From IMG/VR virus record IMGVR_UViG_3300002307_000179, positions 1 to 28,752 of that record: 28,752 nt of DNA. One strand, 5' to 3'. Below the pieces are notes generated by a model. That model did not search any database. It saw nothing but the letters and a program-made list of their open reading frames with translations, and had not been told where the DNA came from. Of this stretch, positions 26,262 through 28,752 are shown in pieces; the first letter of the stretch is position 1, and every line of letters starts with the position of its first letter. The stretch comes from a virus (Duplodnaviria > Caudoviricetes). The position numbers were made by a program, and so were the translations under genes.

Positions 26262-27808
26262 GCGGCTTGCTTGGCCGCTGGTGGCATTGCTGCAGGATCG
26301 ACGGCTTTTTCAGGCGGCGGCGGCTCTTTTGGATCTTTGGGAGCCATTGGCGGAGCAACTGAAGCGAAGAGCGTCGTGTTTTCTTGCTGGATGCGCTCTT
26401 TCTCAACCTCAATATCGATTGAGGTTTTCAAAACGCCCAGGTTTTGCATTTCGGCGATGTAGGTTTCAAGGCTAAGATCACCCGCTCGCCTGGCCGCTCC
26501 GATTTCCGTGATGCGGTCTGATTCATTGGCGTTGATGCCAAAGTCACGGCTGACCTTGACCGTTCCCGCATTTTTCTCGTCGATGCCGAGCCATTTGGCC
26601 GTCAGTTTTAGGAGTTCGTTCAGGCCCTGTTCGATGGCTTGGGCGACCATATGAAGCGGAGAACTCGACAAACTGTAATCAAGAACGTCGCCCGTTGCCG
26701 TTGTCTGGGCCTTTTTCTGGAGCGACTGGAGGCGTATGGAAAGCGTATTGGCTTCCGTGACAATACGGTCCAAATCACGCTCGCCTGCGCCAATGCTCGC
26801 GCCTTGGAGTTCTATATATCCGAACTCGACCTTCTGTTTGTCCGTCTCGTTACCCTCAGACCAGAGGATCGCCTTCGGTCCGAGGTTGGTCACTGCCGCG
26901 GCGGTTCCGATTTGATAATGGATCGGATAGCGGCAAACGGTGAGAATGTTGCGCTGATCGCTGGCGCTCTGCCAGTGCTCTACGTTTTTGTGAAAAATGT
27001 CCGTCATGATCGACGGTGAAAGCATGAATCCGTCGTCGAACGTCTTGAACGTCACGACGGGAATTTGATCAATCGCATAGGTTCCAGAATCTGCCGGATC
27101 GTCGGACTTGGCATAGTTTCCGCTATCCGGTTTGACCCAGGTTTCGAACTCGACCCTTGCGCCCTCTCGATGGATGACGCGAATGGCTTGGCTGGTCTTT
27201 TGCGTAAACCCGGTGACTTCTGTCCGCTGGTCGAGCATCCGAAATTGCGTCAGGTCGGTTTGGTTGTTCTTGACCTCGGCAAACGCGTTGATGACCTTCT
27301 TAGCGTCAATCGAGACCCAATATGGCCGCAGACCCATCGCCTGATCGTCTGCCGCAGTCTGGGCGCCGGGATTAGGCGGCATATCGACCATAACGTGATG
27401 CATACCGTAAAGCAGGAGCTTCGCGGCCAGGCGCTGGGCGAACGTCTGTAGGTCGTGGCCCTGGTTGTCCACGTTCGCAAGGATCTCTTCCGGGATCTTG
27501 CTGTCATGAACCTCAATAGGCTCGGCAAACATGATATTCATCGCGGTAAAAAAATGGTCCTTGCTGAAATTCGTCAGCACGGTTGCCTTCATGCGCGCGG
27601 TAAACGACTGGATCGATTCCAGCTCAAATTTCGTCAGATACTTGACGCCTGCCGCCCGCATGGCAGTCGTGCCGCCCATCAGGTCGTCGGCCAAGTCCCA
27701 CATCGGGCGTTGCTGTTCGTACCAGTCCGCAAGACTATCGACATTCCCGGAGGCGTTAGCGCCCGGATTGAGGTCGATAACCTGAGGCTGGATTGTTTGG
27801 TCAGCCAT
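26258..27808 (-). CDS. Portal protein (DUF4055-like, 516 aa)
   Basis: GGTTAMRAAGVKYL, RPYW, TAT motifs; directly after terminase. Confidence 0.9.
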   Translation of the reverse strand: MADQTIQPQVIDLNPGANASGNVDSLADWYEQQRPMWDLADDLMGGTTAMRAAGVKYLTKFELESIQSFTARMKATVLTNFSKDHFFTAMNIMFAEPIEVHDSKIPEEILANVDNQGHDLQTFAQRLAAKLLLYGMHHVMVDMPPNPGAQTAADDQAMGLRPYWVSIDAKKVINAFAEVKNNQTDLTQFRMLDQRTEVTGFTQKTSQAIRVIHREGARVEFETWVKPDSGNYAKSDDPADSGTYAIDQIPVVTFKTFDDGFMLSPSIMTDIFHKNVEHWQSASDQRNILTVCRYPIHYQIGTAAAVTNLGPKAILWSEGNETDKQKVEFGYIELQGASIGAGERDLDRIVTEANTLSIRLQSLQKKAQTTATGDVLDYSLSSSPLHMVAQAIEQGLNELLKLTAKWLGIDEKNAGTVKVSRDFGINANESDRITEIGAARRAGDLSLETYIAEMQNLGVLKTSIDIEVEKERIQQENTTLFASVAPPMAPKDPKEPPPPEKAVDPAAMPPAAKQAA

Positions 27809-28752
27809 CAGCTCGCGCCCACTAATTTTGCCGTAGCGGCGCCCTTGCCGAAAAGGAGTTCAGTCAACGCAAAAACCGCAGCGTCCAGGCGGTCCGGCGA
27901 GCCTTTGATTGCGTAGCCTTGAGGCGTCATGTTGAGATATTGCGCCTCAAGTTCCGGGAGCGGCTTGAGGTGCATCACCCGACCCGTTTCATAGAGGCCT
28001 GCAATCGGCTCGGCGCGAATGTGTTTCCCGCGGCTGGCCCAGACCATGATGATACGTTGAGCAACGCCGTTGGTTTCCAAGTTGGCCTTCGCCATGTCGC
28101 CGCCATAGTTGCTCTCGCAGACCACAGCGTCAGCATTCCAACCATTGGCGACATCTCGAACCCGCGCGGCCCACTGTGCAGGCGATTGAGGCGACATGCT
28201 GTAATCGCCCAGTACGACCGCGCGACGGTCTGTCAATTCCGCTGCGGCGACAATGCCCACCTCGTCCCCGCCGCCGCCCTGAGGGTCAACGCCGATGACT
28301 ACCCGCTTGATCATTGATCGGTCGATTTGCGATCCGCGTTCGATGGCGCTGTCGAGGATGGCGCGCGACCACATCGCGCCTTGAACGTCTTCGAGGATTT
28401 CCCCGTCGAGTTCCTGGCGCCCAAGCCTTGTTCCTGCGTAGCGCTCTTCGATCTGCTGAACGAAGGACGGCGCCAGATTGACCAGATTGTCCCGCGTCCG
28501 ACCGCGTGTCACGACCGTCGCCGGATCGGCAATTAGCTTCCGCAATAAAGCGGTCGGACGTGGCGTCGTGGCAATAATGACTTTTGGATCATCGCCCAAG
28601 CGAAGACCGAAAAGCATTTGGTCCCACGTTTCAGAATAAACCCAAGCTCCTAATTCGTCGCAATATGCCCGGTGATGCTGTGGGCCTCGAAGGCGTTCCG
28701 GTTCGGTTGAGGCGAACAGTTTAAACCGTGCGCCATTCACCAAAATAAGTTC
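27808..28752 (-). CDS. terL: Terminase large subunit, 3' part (starts outside window)
   Basis: LRGPQ, Walker B AYCDE, ATTP, RQELDGE, nuclease GVD and SPDRLDA. Confidence 0.95.
   Translation of the reverse strand, partial: ELILVNGARFKLFASTEPERLRGPQHHRAYCDELGAWVYSETWDQMLFGLRLGDDPKVIIATTPRPTALLRKLIADPATVVTRGRTRDNLVNLAPSFVQQIEERYAGTRLGRQELDGEILEDVQGAMWSRAILDSAIERGSQIDRSMIKRVVIGVDPQGGGGDEVGIVAAAELTDRRAVVLGDYSMSPQSPAQWAARVRDVANGWNADAVVCESNYGGDMAKANLETNGVAQRIIMVWASRGKHIRAEPIAGLYETGRVMHLKPLPELEAQYLNMTPQGYAIKGSPDRLDAAVFALTELLFGKGAATAKLVGAS

Noticed and set aside
2828-28536. Many + strand and off-frame ORFs (e.g. 2828..3496, 6771..7322, 17946..18635, 22502..22996)
   Set aside because: Shadow frames of motif-supported - strand genes, with no recognisable motifs.

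Overview
Part of a temperate, long-tailed (siphovirus-type) dsDNA phage, most likely of an alphaproteobacterium (host is inference). The + strand (1-2469) carries the end of an early operon: small tightly overlapping ORFs, a probable excisionase and a tyrosine integrase. An intact attP follows, containing the 5' half of a tRNA-Lys(CUU) gene and GGTAAAC arm repeats on both sides, so this looks like the unintegrated form. The rest (- strand) is a near-complete late operon: terminase large subunit (partial), portal, HslV/proteasome-beta-like Ntn hydrolase, minor head protein, scaffold, major capsid, KpsC/KpsS-like glycosyltransferase plus a small partner, adaptor, Ig-fused head closure, neck, tail terminator, tail tube, chaperones with a -1 frameshift, tape measure, two tail-tip proteins, a mosaic tailspike, a lysis cassette and an HTH-metallophosphoesterase. 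Best leads: a glycosyltransferase translationally coupled to the capsid gene (candidate virion glycosylation system), three Ig domains fused to the head-closure protein, a threonine protease in the head module, a switch-like RNA structure over the capsid RBS, and an attP that restores the 5' rather than 3' end of a tRNA. All family calls are by-eye motif recognition; no searches were run.
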